DNA of 64,000 nucleotides, from the NCBI GenBank assembly GCA_964187785.1, contig OZ076414.1, positions 11,346,001-11,410,000 of the forward strand, given 5' to 3'. The notes below the pieces were generated by a model. The model was not told the DNA's origin. It did no database searches and worked only from the letters and a program-made list of their open reading frames with translations. Positions 11,784 through 23,109 of the stretch are shown here, one piece after another. Position numbers and translations under genes: made by a program. This stretch comes from Amphiscolops sp. MND2022. Lineage: Eukaryota. The stretch's first letter is position 1, and each line of letters opens with the position of its first letter.

Positions 11784-13041
11784 AAGAAACGAGATATAAT
11801 TGTCGAAGAATTATATTATTTTTAATGATCATGATCATGCCAAGACCTTACCACAGTGACCATGTTCCATAGTATGATCATACTATGATCCATCATGTTT
11901 CATAGTATGAACATAATATGGAAATCATGTCTTGGAGAAAAATGTCGGACATGACAACCACCTGTAAACCTGTAAACAAAGTTTACAGAAATAGGTTGCC
12001 GAGGTCCTTATTCGGTATTTTTAAGGAGGCACTCAGCTCGTGAGATACAGCGTATCACACTTGACGAGACCCACAACGAGAACGTGGCCTCCACGGGTCT
12101 CAAAAAAACTGAAAAAAAAGAATTATGAAATACTGCTTTTTTGTAAGGAAGAAAACCTTTAGTGGGGGGAACTGAAGATCTAAAATAGGCCAGATACTTG
12201 ATCAACAGATTACGCGAAAAACATTAAGATTCGATTTTTCGCAACAAGGTGTACCTGAGGAATTGAACTTATGGTCCGATAAGAATAATGAACAGTGGTT
12301 AGAACTCACGGCATGAGCATAACGGAGCTGAATATTCGTACGAGTTGTAATTTTATGTCACGCGATTGTTGCAAACAATTATTGCGGGAAACCTGAGAGA
12401 TTCTTCTGAGTTCAGTGAAAATACTCTTTCTTATTCTCGAAGGTGAAAATGACTGAGTTTCAATCCAGGCGTAGAAGACCTCCGTGGTAGCCAGAAACTA
12501 TTTTGACCGAAACGCTGTATCAAAGAAAAAAGCTTTGAAAGAAGATTTTATTTCCAATCTACATCTCAATTGCGTATCGCAGAATGTTTTGTTCATGCGG
12601 TTTGAGACCAATTACAGTATTCGAGTACTTTGTTTCTCTAGAACAACCTCTGAAAAAAGTGGATGGTTTGAAATGCCGCAATTATACTTTTTATGGGAAT
12701 ATTCGAGGATGTACTCAGAGCAAGATAGACACTACTTGTAAACAGCAGGTGTTGGTTGTATTATACTTATTTTTTCTCTTTCCATGAAAGTGGGATTTGA
12801 AAACAAAGCAGATATCATGTAATAACACTCTAAATTAAAATGTTCCAAAATTGGAAATATTCATCTGGGGATGCCTGGAGACTGCATTGAGTCCCCGAAA
12901 CGCAGATTGTGATTTTACTAGAAAAAATTTGGGAGCCCCAGGCCGAACAGAAACACGTTTTGCCGATAATTGGAGTTTATAAATAAAGCTGTTTATCAGT
13001 TTATCATTTCTTTGTTTAAGAACGAAAGAATTTGTTGTTGA

Positions 13042-14013
13042 TTGAAGATGAAGAAATCGAAACGCTATACGTTCCATTATCAGTCGAAGGATTCAAAAGG
13101 CAAACATCAGTTTTTGTTTCTTCGTGTTATTTTTATCTTCTTTCTTCTCGAACCTACGTTTGAGCCCATTGCAGCAGTAAGACAACCTCTCGTAGTGAGA
13201 TCAATCGCGTTTGAGAAATATATGTTGGGGCAAAGGTTCGTCGGGTCTGCTATTTCCACATTCAAACATGCCAACAGACGCCAATGCGCTTTTGAATGCA
13301 GCAAACTTCCGCATTGTCGGTCTTTCAACCTATGCGCCTCTAAAAGGTGTGAAATGAATTCAGACGACGAGTTTTCAGTAGGTCTAAACTTCACAATGTT
13401 CAACGATTCTAATTGTGAGTATTGGGCAATGTCACGTGACCACAGTCCTGAGTGTGAGGAGAGAGGTGAAACGAAAGATATCTGTGATGACTTAGTCCCT
13501 GGCGAGTGCAACATCAACCTGAAAAGAGTAGACGCCATTTTTGGTCCGTTGACCCTAAAACGTGAAAATGGGTCCCTCGAAGTTAGAACCTTCAAAGCGA
13601 GCGAAACTTTGAAACCGAGCGCCCACGGTGGGTTAGACTTACCGCCCCCGATTGAGAATGTTCTGTGGCTCAAAGTTAGTGCTGAAAATATGACGTGGAG
13701 CGAAGCCAAAAGTTACTGCGAAGTGGCGAATGGTCAGTTGTTATCGAATCTCCTTGGTACTAAGGAACAATTGGATTTCATCTACGATTCTTTTGGATTC
13801 AAGCCATATTATTTGGGGATTAAAGCTAAAGAGCAAGTGAGTAGCAACCAGTGGGAGGCAATTGATGGGACCCTCATTAGCCCTGAACTCATAATCTGGG
13901 GGACCAATCAGCCGAATCTGTCGCTTGTGGAAGCTACAGTTATAATAATTAATGGCTATTGGCCATATTATTTAAGCAACGGCTATCCTTTTATGAATCG
14001 ATTTGCTTTGTGA
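13042..14013 (+). CDS. Intronless PAN/Apple-domain + C-type lectin protein (putatively secreted)
   Basis: Hydrophobic leader FLFLRVIFIFFLL; PAN motif RQCAFECSKLPHCRSFNLC...CEMN; CTL motifs MTWSEAKSYC, YYLGI, WEAIDGT, WGTNQPN. The terminal Cys is out of frame (RFAL* versus CDLVNSSNAD* in another frame), and the start codon is uncertain. Confidence 0.8.
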   Translation: MKMKKSKRYTFHYQSKDSKGKHQFLFLRVIFIFFLLEPTFEPIAAVRQPLVVRSIAFEKYMLGQRFVGSAISTFKHANRRQCAFECSKLPHCRSFNLCASKRCEMNSDDEFSVGLNFTMFNDSNCEYWAMSRDHSPECEERGETKDICDDLVPGECNINLKRVDAIFGPLTLKRENGSLEVRTFKASETLKPSAHGGLDLPPPIENVLWLKVSAENMTWSEAKSYCEVANGQLLSNLLGTKEQLDFIYDSFGFKPYYLGIKAKEQVSSNQWEAIDGTLISPELIIWGTNQPNLSLVEATVIIINGYWPYYLSNGYPFMNRFAL

Positions 14014-14077
14014 CCTGGTAAACAGTTCAAATGCTGATTGACGCCTTTCCTTGTCTTCAAATTTCACTGTGAAAATA

Positions 14078-14509
14078 CCCAGTGTAAAATCTCTTGCAAC
14101 TCTTGATAAGAATCTTGGATATTCCTGAATTTCTTGGTGAGAATCTTGCCAAGATTCTTACCAAGAAATCCACGAATTTGCAAGATCTTGCAAGATTGTG
14201 CCAAGAAATTCAAGAGATGAACTGACAATAGTGAATGAAAACAAACAAAAACTGACGCCAACTGCAGCTTGATCAGGTTATCTATTATGCCGCAGCTTTT
14301 CGCGCTACCAACCAAGCTATCACGTTCTGAAATTCACTACTTTGTGTTGTCCTATATTCAATACTTCAAAGAATGATAGTGTAGCTGGTAGTGTGAAGGT
14401 TTGTGTGAAGCAAGAATAAACAAGATCTTATCAAGAGTTTCAAGAGTAAACGGGAATATGTAAGAATATGCAAGATCCTGGCAAGAGTTCCAAGAATTTT
14501 TACACTGGG
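14078..14509. mobile_element. MITE with TA target-site duplication (Tc1/mariner type)
   Basis: TA|CCCAGTGTAAAA ... TTTTACACTGGG|TA, with imperfect TIRs extending about 50 bp and no coding capacity. Confidence 0.8.
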
Positions 14510-16439
14510 TATCATCTGTAATAGTTCTCTTCCGCAAACTAGTGAAGTTTCGTATTCTCTATTTTAGACTCTACAACTTCAATCGATCAAACGTTGGTAC
14601 GTGGTTTAATTAAACTTCTAATTAGCTGTTTTGTAATGAAAAATACAAAAGATATGTACCACATGATCAGAAGCCAAACTTTATTCACGGAAGTTTAGGC
14701 CTCTGAAGAGCATCAATGAATTGCATTAATTAGATGACAAAAAATTACCCAATACTGTTGCTAATTTCAGTCTATTGCACAACTTTCTGCTATACTTTGT
14801 ATCTGTCATGTCATTCTACACAACGTTTAGTAGAAAACAGATAGCAAAAGAAAACGAATGTTTCTTACTTCTCTCCAATTGAAATATCCTACATTAGGAT
14901 TATTTAGCCTGAAAAATCAAAAGCAAATACGCTTCTGAAGGAGCCGGTTGAACGAGTGTAGGGAGCACAAAAAGTATTTTTGTCCAAGATTTCAAATGTA
15001 TTGAAAAAGAAGTAAACTAAGAAAAGGAAGCTTGAAAAAGATTGTTTCCATGACCTAACAACGACACAGTAGTGTCAATTAAACGTTGTATTTAAAATGG
15101 GTTTTGAATTTAGAACTGTTTCTTAGTGAAACCTGCAAACTTTCAAGGCCTAAAATTGCCGCCAGAAGTTAGAGGAATCTTTGAAGCAGCTTGGTGAATG
15201 TTGAATACAACAGAATAATATTTTCACACGAAAGTTTCCATAGAAGCTTTAGAAATTCATAGTAAAAGTTGCTGGAACATTAAAGTACGTACAAAACAAA
15301 AAGATTGAGCAGTTTCAACAAGTGTAGACTTCAGTTGAAACTATCAGCCAGTCTCCAGGCCGTCAATTTAAAAGCGAATCAACACCTACCTCAGGCGCAA
15401 TTCCAAGAGATTGGAGACTCGGTGTTTTTTAGCCAGCGCTTTTGAAGAAAAATGCCCGACTCTTACAGTGGGTAGTTTTTCTAGACACATATGGTCCATT
15501 TTTTGTTCTTTTGTTCAACTTCAACTACGGATGTCCAAAAAGTACTAGAAACGTCAGAACCTCAAAAACATACTAAGGACTCCCTCTTCGGCTATCTTGG
15601 TTTTTTAACTTCGATTTTTTTTCGGCACATTGTTCGAAAATTTTTTGATCGGACAAAAGGGTCCGCTTTCAATTTTTTGATATTTTGCAACAGGCTGGAC
15701 GTTACACATCTCAAATGCCCCCTTTAACATTTTTTGGCATTATGAGACTGTTCAAAATTCTCGTTTTGTGTCTGATATTATGTTCTCTATAAATAACCAC
15801 CGACCGATATTTTTTTTAATACTATCCGGATTTTGGAGGCAGATGGCCGGAAAGATTGAGGTAAATTCGGACCTTGGACGTTTTATTCGAAGTAATTTGC
15901 GTTTTACTGAGAAAGAGCCGTGGGATCGAAAAAAAGCGCCCGCATTGGTCTCAGCACGCTATATCCAATTTTCTTGAGCGTTTTCTAAGAACTGAATGCG
16001 AAATACCCTTTAGGTGTTTCGAAACTTTTCTGTGAGTTTTTCATCAAACAACATCCCGAGCATACTTTTAAAAGGTTTCGCCTTTTTGGGCCTCAGGAAT
16101 AACGCAACTTGAGACGTTCCCGTTTTGTATTTTGATAGATTATTTTCCTTTAGTCTCCAATTGTGAGTCTCTTCAAATCAACAATGGACTATTCGAAAGT
16201 CATTGCAGAGCATCTGCAAACTATTTCTGAGCGTTTTACTGAAACCATGACACGAAATCTCGGAAATCGAGACACGCGCACTAAATTCATTCCCCTTTGA
16301 TGTTGACTGATTTAGCTTCCTTTGAAGTTGAAATCTTACTTTCAGTGTTGCCACTTTCAATTTTCAACTGGCTCTGGGTTAGCATTCACGTTGAAGGTAT
16401 ATGGTAAACAACTTGAAATCAATTTCAACCAAAACTGAC

Positions 16440-16625
16440 CACCGCTACAGTAACGTTCCAACGTGACGGCTGGTAGTAAGAATTCCTATTCTTGATGACA
16501 AAAAATAATAACCAACTACGTTTTGTATTCAGTGTTGCTAATTCTGTTTGTATAAATAAATTGTTTGTGTCATAACACATCATTTTTACCAAGTGCCTAA
16601 CATTAGCGATGTTCCTTCTTGATGA
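16440..16625 (+). repeat. Interspersed repeat, second copy at ~23520-23700
   Basis: Shared gtgacggctggta(g/a)taagaattcc...tacgttttgt.ttcagtgttgct...gcgatgttcctt. Confidence 0.65.
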
Positions 16626-17032
16626 TGGGTAACAAAGCGATTATAGGACCATATTTCTTGAAAGAACTTGATATGGCTATAAATACCTGAGGGTTGTCTT
16701 TATTTTGGTTCGACACTTGAAGCAAAAAATTATCCGGAGTTTTGATATTTTTTTGTCAAAAAGGCAAATTCAACTCAGGAACAAGCTAAAATTGTAAAGC
16801 CCCTATTTCAACGCAAACTTTCTGTGCCATAAAAAACGGGAATTTTCAACTGTGAATTATAAGATCATGTTTTAGAATACCATCAATTATTTAATTTGTC
16901 CAGAATTTCAGCGCAAACGATGTCGACATAATGGTGTTTGTACATTCTTACTTTCCGCGCGACGGCTTGGGGGAAACAAGACACATTTTCTAATTTTATA
17001 TTTCTGATCGAGAGTTGGAGATGCAGATGGTT

Positions 17033-17184
17033 TCATTTCTGGCTCACAGGTCTTGCTATGACTCTGGCACAGAAGGAAACAACCAGTACTAGCAGAGTTG
17101 TACCCAGAAATATTGCCGAAGAAATCAGAGTCCAAAACTTGGTCAAGGTGTTCCAAACATCGGCAGCGCCAGAAGTTGAAGATT
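17033..17184 (-). CDS. CUB-LDLa-TM receptor gene, last exon (transmembrane helix and stop)
   Basis: Acceptor tttcag, phase 1, reads ESSTSGAADVWNTLTKFWTLISSAIFLGTTLLVLVVSFCARVIARPVSQK*. An internal gtgagc donor could extend the gene further. Confidence 0.7.
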
Positions 17185-17702
17185 CTGAAATGAAATGGTC
17201 CTGGTTATTCTGAAATCAAAACACTTTTCGGAACATGATCAACGAAATCAAATATCATTGCTGAATTGTAGAATCCTTGATACGTTCATTTCCCATACCG
17301 ACCCAGCTTGTGACATCTTTAGTATACTGTAGATATAGTATCTATAGGTTGGCCCCATTATGGGTTTTACTTTGAATGTTTTTTTTTCGTCAGATTGAAG
17401 ATTGGAGAGGTCTTAGACAATTTGGATCTAGAAACCAACCTTCGTATTTTTTTGAGGATCTTGAAAAATCTTTTTGAAAAAGAGGATTTTATTCATTTTT
17501 TTCACAGTCTGTGTTTCTCTGCTTCGAATCAAAGAAAATGTTCTGCTAAACTTTATAACACTCTTGACTATCCGCGAAGGAATCAAATCCCACAAGTTTG
17601 AAACCTGAAACTGAACATTCTTATTTTTTCTTTCCTGGTGATTTGAGGTTCAAACATTTGAGAAAAGTTTCTTCTTTTTTCATTTTTGGAGACAATAAAA
17701 AC

Positions 17703-17833
17703 CTGCTGATGCGTTTGAGCATGAAAACTCGTCCGAATTGTACCCGCAGTTGTTATTTGTGTCACAGGTGAGTTCGGACGAGATACAGTTACCATCGCAC
17801 AGTCGAACCGACCCTCATTTTCGAGACATTCTT
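17703..17833 (-). CDS. CUB-LDLa-TM receptor gene, LDLa exon (1-nt deletion)
   Basis: Acceptor ttcttcag and donor cag|gt; reads EECLENEGRFDC then, after a frameshift, DGNCISSELTCDTNNNCGYNSDEFSC (full LDLa Cys and SDE pattern). The exon is 131 bp where a phase 1-1 exon needs 132. Confidence 0.75.
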
Positions 17834-18195
17834 CTGAAGAAAAAACAGTTGCTACTTTTGCAATTTTTTGAGGTATTTCTACAAAAAATTGGTGTTCCAG
17901 GTTGCCTTAGTTTTGTTATTTCCAGAAACAACGAAGCAATTTGCTCTTCCTTTTAGTTTTTCGTGTAGATCCATGATCTTGTACAGAACGAACTATTGAG
18001 TTCTATATGAAGAACTCAACAATGCAAGTTGCTGAATCTCAAATGTTTCAGATTTAGCTACCCTTGCACTTGACAAGCTTTCATTTTTTTACAAGAAAAT
18101 GGTTCCATTGGATTCAAATTTTTTCGTCAAATGAAACAAAACGTGTAATATGTGGGTTCCATTAATGCCGAATTAGTATACCAAAAGTCAACAAC

Positions 18196-18424
18196 CTGGG
18201 GAATGTACGAAAGTTGTGAATACTAGTTTGAAGCCAGCCGTCTCCAGAGCACCGTCTGATACGAACTCCACCGAGGCCTCAGTCGAGTTCGCCACAAAGT
18301 CGTAGCCCCTTGTCTCTCTTATGGTCCGTGGCAGATCGCTTTCATCACAGATACCATCATTCACACCATCTGCGGTTGCTGTTATTGGGACAGAATCATT
18401 TCCGATCAAAGTCTTGATTAAAAC
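18196..18424 (-). CDS. CUB-LDLa-TM receptor gene, C-terminal half of the CUB domain
   Basis: Acceptor ttccag, phase 0, VLIKTLIGND...ICDE...VEFVSDGALETAGFKLVFTTF; donor cag|gt in phase 1. Confidence 0.8.
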
Positions 18425-18583
18425 CTGGAACAGTTTACAGAAAGTTTTTTTTCCAGAAAGGAATAAAAATAGCGCAAAATCAGCGTTTTATTGGAGGTTG
18501 TAAATGAAGACATATAACATTATGTTAATTTGGTAACAAATCCCAGATAGCGATCAAAAGGGATTAAAAAGCTGTTACACTAT

Positions 18584-20211
18584 TGTCGCAGGCTGCCGCC
18601 AGCGACGGCAACTTCTATACAATCGACGCAAGCAGACAAAACGCCCTACCCGGCACATTGCCATTATAATGAAACTTTCAATTTAAAGGTGATAATTTTG
18701 GAACTTTTAGCTATGGCATTTATATTGTTTGTAATACATGTAAATGTAGTGAATATTTTGTGTGCTCAATATTTGACAACAAGCTGTACTGACAGGCAGA
18801 AAGGAAACGAGTTCAAATGTCTGCCTGTTCAGTATAGCCAACATAGCCGCGCAAGGCATATTGACCAATCACAGCCGTGCTAATTTCATTCACAATTGCT
18901 GTACGTTATTTGTATTTACTCGGAAAGGACTAGTTCGGCCACTCGGCAAAGCCGGTCCAAACCATCTTGTTGCTATACTATATTGCTGGTTGAATAAATA
19001 AAGTAAGGACGGACTCGGCTTACGAGTTAATTAGTCCTATTAAATGAAGTAGTGACGCTTTTATATAACTGAAAACATGGCCCAGTACGGCCGTTTGCCA
19101 AGATGTGCGCTACTTGACTTTGATCATGATACGAAATGTTGCTACGCTTATACGTTAATATATGAAATACATGTAAAGTTCCTTCTGATGAATGGATATA
19201 ATCGGAAAAAGAGTGTTATGATATTACACAAGTTGGATATAGTTGAGATGGCCCTTATGGCGTTTGACCATGTAGGTCCTACATATATTCAACGCGCATG
19301 AAATGTTATTTATACATGAAAGTTGTGAAAATACACAAGTCATTGTATAAACGCGTCCCGCCATAACCTAATTTGGTGCTTTGAACTTGCCGCCTCTTTA
19401 GGTGCTTAGTGACGTAATGATACTATTTATAGCAATGATGTAATTATTTTTAGTCTGCGTGCTATTTCTAGCATCATAACCATAACAATTTTGCCTGTCA
19501 TGTCCTCTGGGGTATATATACCCAAGTCGGCCTGACAAAGGTTAATCATAGTTTTGCAGTTACCTGACACATTACGTTCATTTTGGTTAACCTGAAAATA
19601 GAAATACTTGTCCACAGGAACAATTCAAATATTTCCTCCTGGAATAACATTTTCAATGCCTTCTACTAGGAGACAAAAAGCAAAGGCTAGAAAGTCAAGA
19701 GAGCTAGATATGTTGTCCGACTATGGGAACATGGACATAATGCTGGGTGATGGAAATTCCAACTCTATAGAAAGAGAATTGGACAGTCTCATTAACGCCC
19801 CAGATAGGCAGCAGGACTTTCAGTCTTTTCCAAATAGAGAAAATTCATAACAAGAAAATGAGATTAGAGACATTGATAATAGAAATGAACCTATTGGGGA
19901 AAATAGACTAATAGAGTCAATCAATACTTTGTCTGGAGAGATGAACGCTAGAATGTCAAGGGAAATGGAGAGTATGATGGACTTCATGCAAACTCAGATT
20001 AGTAGGGCGATAAACTCTGCTATTAGTGAAAGAATAATACCTGAGATACAAAACATGATGGGAAGTTCAACTTTGGTTCAACAAGGCGTCGAGCCCAGTT
20101 CGTCTCTAAATGAGGATGAGATCGGAAATATGTGGAAAAATACAAAACTTACAAAGAAGGACTCTAGGTCTGCTTGTGATTTGAGAGATCATACGGACAT
20201 TATTCCTTACA
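18584..20211 (+). mobile_element. Solo LTR (1628 bp) with 5-bp TSD ACTAT, antisense in the CUB gene intron
   Basis: actat|TGTCGC ... CCTTACA|actat (TSDs 18579-18583 and 20212-20216); TG...CA termini; TATA-like gtatatata at ~19512. Confidence 0.85.
19656..20211 (+). pseudogene. gag-like ORF N-terminus encoded inside the solo LTR (one premature stop)
   Basis: MPSTRRQKAKARKSRE... and the ORF at 19929 are in the same frame, separated by TAA at 19848-19850, and the frame runs out of the LTR 3' end. The gag assignment is inferred from position. Confidence 0.55.
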
Positions 20212-20239
20212 ACTATATTATATTTAAGACGGCAACGTT

Positions 20240-20780
20240 CAAAACGATTTAACTTCAAACCTAAAGTTTCATTAGAATCAAAGTCCAGAAAAGATTTTGC
20301 AAAGAATTGATCTGAAGAGTTAAAACAGATTAGGCAATGTGCTGTTTAACTCGGCTTTCTCAATTCCAGGGCGCTTCGGAACCCCCGTATTGACACTTCA
20401 GTGGACTTCAGGACTGCTAAGGCTAACTTTAGGTTTCGAGCAGTCTCAAGCTCTAACCTGTCCTGCTGTAGTCCTTGATATAACCTGATGAAACTGCTCA
20501 ACTGGCCAAAAATTCAACACACGCTTGCAAATGATTACTTATATACAAATTCAATCTTGCAACTTTCAGTCCTACTTAGTCTGATGGTGAGGATGCGAAG
20601 TTCCCAACTTTAAAGTCTGGTGCCATTCTCGGTCTTTGCAACGGTTTTGACTTTTCATTAGCCAATTCGTTTGATATTTCCAGTACTGCTAGGGACTGGT
20701 CGAAAGGGTAAAACTGGAACCTGTGAGCACTGGTCCAGGACTTGACAAATCCTTACCAGTCTTTGACAATCCTTGGCAGT
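20240..20780 (+). repeat. ~540-bp interspersed repeat, copy 1 (copy 2 at ~22195-22740)
   Basis: Long near-identical blocks, e.g. agggactggtcgaaagggtaaaactggaacctgtgagcactggtccaggacttgacaa in both copies. Confidence 0.8.
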
Positions 20781-21414
20781 CCTCAAATTCACAACTTTAC
20801 GGGCTTTACAGATTATCACTAGAATCCCTCGTAAAATGGCACATCGCTAATGAAAACAGCTTGAACTTTTCATTAGATTTCCTGAGTTGCCTATCACATT
20901 ATTATACTTCAGTCACAATGTTAGTTTCAAGGTAGCATCCCGTTCAGCGTGCATTTTGACTAACGGTGACTAACGTTGAAAATGTTGAAGAACATAAAAC
21001 GTGAAAAAGTGACCGAAACAGTCAACTTGCTGAACTATTTTCAGTTTCATTGAAATTGTGGGTACTGCCTTATAATCCTCAAATGTTTTTCCAAGCGGGC
21101 TCTGTGAATTCTTCATGTTTTGTGAATAATTAGCTTTGTATGCATGAAGGCATCATGAAAAACGTCGCAGCTGATTCACAAAATACGTTTATCAGAAATC
21201 AAACAGAAAAAAGGTTTCGTTTCTGGTTTGTTCTAATAACTTAGGATTAGGAAACGGCGGCTTGTACGATTTACAGTCTTGGAGCAACAAAATGAAACAT
21301 TTTTAAACCAAATTTTCAAAATTTATACTTCATCATCGCGTTTTTGTTCGCACTAAAACTACTAACCAAAAAATATTTTAAAAGTTCAATGATTTTTAAA
21401 TGCACTCTACTTAC

Positions 21415-21635
21415 AAAGTCACCACAGATTCTCGATTGTGGCCATTTGTCAATGATGTGAAACTTGCTGAAGTAGAAACCGATCCAAGTGGAATTTTCCA
21501 TAATTTCTTTGCCCAAAATTGTGACTGAGCAGTTCAAGTTCGGATAATATTTCTCGTCAGAGTTCGAAGCAACTTCAATGATACCCCCAGAAGACGAAAT
21601 CGTTCCATTTTGTTCACAGTTGTGCTGCAAATTGT
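21415..21635 (-). CDS. CUB-LDLa-TM receptor gene, N-terminal half of the CUB domain
   Basis: NCEQNGTISSSGGIIEV...YYPNLNCSVTI...IGFYFSKFHI...ICGDF|gtaagt, which splices in phase 0 onto VLIK at 18424 to complete the CUB CxDxVxI motif. The upstream boundary may be an acceptor (ttttcag) or an in-frame ATG near 21715. Confidence 0.8.
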
Positions 21636-22194
21636 CTGAAAATAAATAGAGAAATTGGTATTTGAAATTTGAAAACCAGCTGAATTTAAGGTTGATTGAA
21701 CTTTTCACTGTCATTTTTGTATAGAACTTCCTCCTTTGAACTGTTGCCAAAATGTCGACGTCACAAAAGACTCATCAATGAATCTTCCGGTGATATGGTA
21801 AGAATTAAATTTTGTTTCCGGATAATGAAATTTGCAAACAATTTTTTTAAAAATCTTCAAATTCGAATTGTTTTTTTTCACTTCCAGAAAAAAGCACGAA
21901 GGCGACAACATGTGATCAATTTCGAAACAAAAATATGACTTCAAGTGGTAGTAGCATCAAAAGCCAAACAATTGAGAATTTTCTAGAACAATTTATAATT
22001 ATAATAATTTAATTTATCAGAGGGCAGTACAATATAATAAAACCTCGGCACTTTGGCACAAGAAAAAAAAACTATATCTGAAGTCCCTAAAAAGTTCCTG
22101 GCCTAAAAGCTCAAAGATTTTTCGTGAGCAAATCTGAATTTAACAAAAACACTTTTCATATTTAAAAAATCTTACAATTATTTTAATTATTAAT

Positions 22195-22740
22195 TTTCAA
22201 ATCTTCACGTTCGAACCAAGACTTTTATTGGAATCAAAGTCCAGAAACGATCTTGCAAAAAAACCAAAAAAAAAACAGAAAACGCATTTTGTTGTTTGAC
22301 GCGGCCTCTTACTTCCAAGGTTCTCCCTAACCACTGTATTGACACTTGAGGGGATCTCAGGACTGCTAAAGCTGACTCCAGTCTTCGAGCAGTCTCAAGT
22401 CCTAACCTGCCCTGCTACAGTCCTTGGTATAAGCTGATAAAATTGCTCAACTGGCCAAATGTTCAATACAAGCTTGCAAATGATTATTCATATACAAATT
22501 CAAGCTTGTAACTTTCAGTCCTAGTTAGTCTGATGGTGAGGATGCGGGGTTTCCAACTCAAAAGCCTGACGCAATTCCCGGTCTTTGCAGCTTTTTTGAA
22601 TTTTCATTAGCCAGTGTGTATGACATTTCCAGGACTGTTAAGGACTGGTCGAAAGGGTAAAACTGGAACCTGTGAGCACTGGTCCAGGACTTGACAAGTC
22701 CTTACCAGTCCTTGGCAATCCTTGGAAGTCTTTGAATTTA
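22195..22740 (+). repeat. ~540-bp interspersed repeat, copy 2
   Basis: Direct repeat of 20240-20780. Confidence 0.8.
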
Positions 22741-22829
22741 CATCTTTATCTCTACGGGCTCGATATATTGTCATTTGAATTCTAATCCCGAGAGAATTGG
22801 CACAACGCCTTCATAGAAACCTTCAAATG

Positions 22830-23108
22830 TTTTCAAAGTTCGGATATAACGTTTCAAAGTTTGCATGTCACGTTTTCAAAGTTTGGATATAACGTTTTCA
22901 AAGTTCGGATGTAACGTTTTCAAAGTTCGGATATAACGTTTCCAAACTTCGGATATAACGTTTCAAAGTTCGGATGTAACGTTTTCAAAGTTCGGATACA
23001 GTGTTCTAAACGTTCGGATATAACGTTTTAAAGTTCGGGTGTAACGTTTTCAAAGTTCGGATATAGCGTTTTCATTTCTCGCATAAAATGAAAACGCTAT
23101 ATCCGAAC
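22830..23108. repeat. Minisatellite, ~11 copies of a 21-22-bp unit (ttttcaaagttcggatataacg), ending in a perfect hairpin
   Basis: Units counted directly; the last unit is inverted, giving a 23-bp stem (23055-23077 / 23086-23108). Confidence 0.9.
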
Positions 23109-23109
23109 A

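Noticed and set aside
7771-11835. ATGAT as the BEL target-site duplication
   Set aside because: ATGAT is part of the flanking repeat motif and would require an LTR end without CA, so the match may be chance.
22830-23108. CRISPR-like array
   Set aside because: Units are head-to-tail with no unique spacers, there are no cas genes, and the context is eukaryotic.
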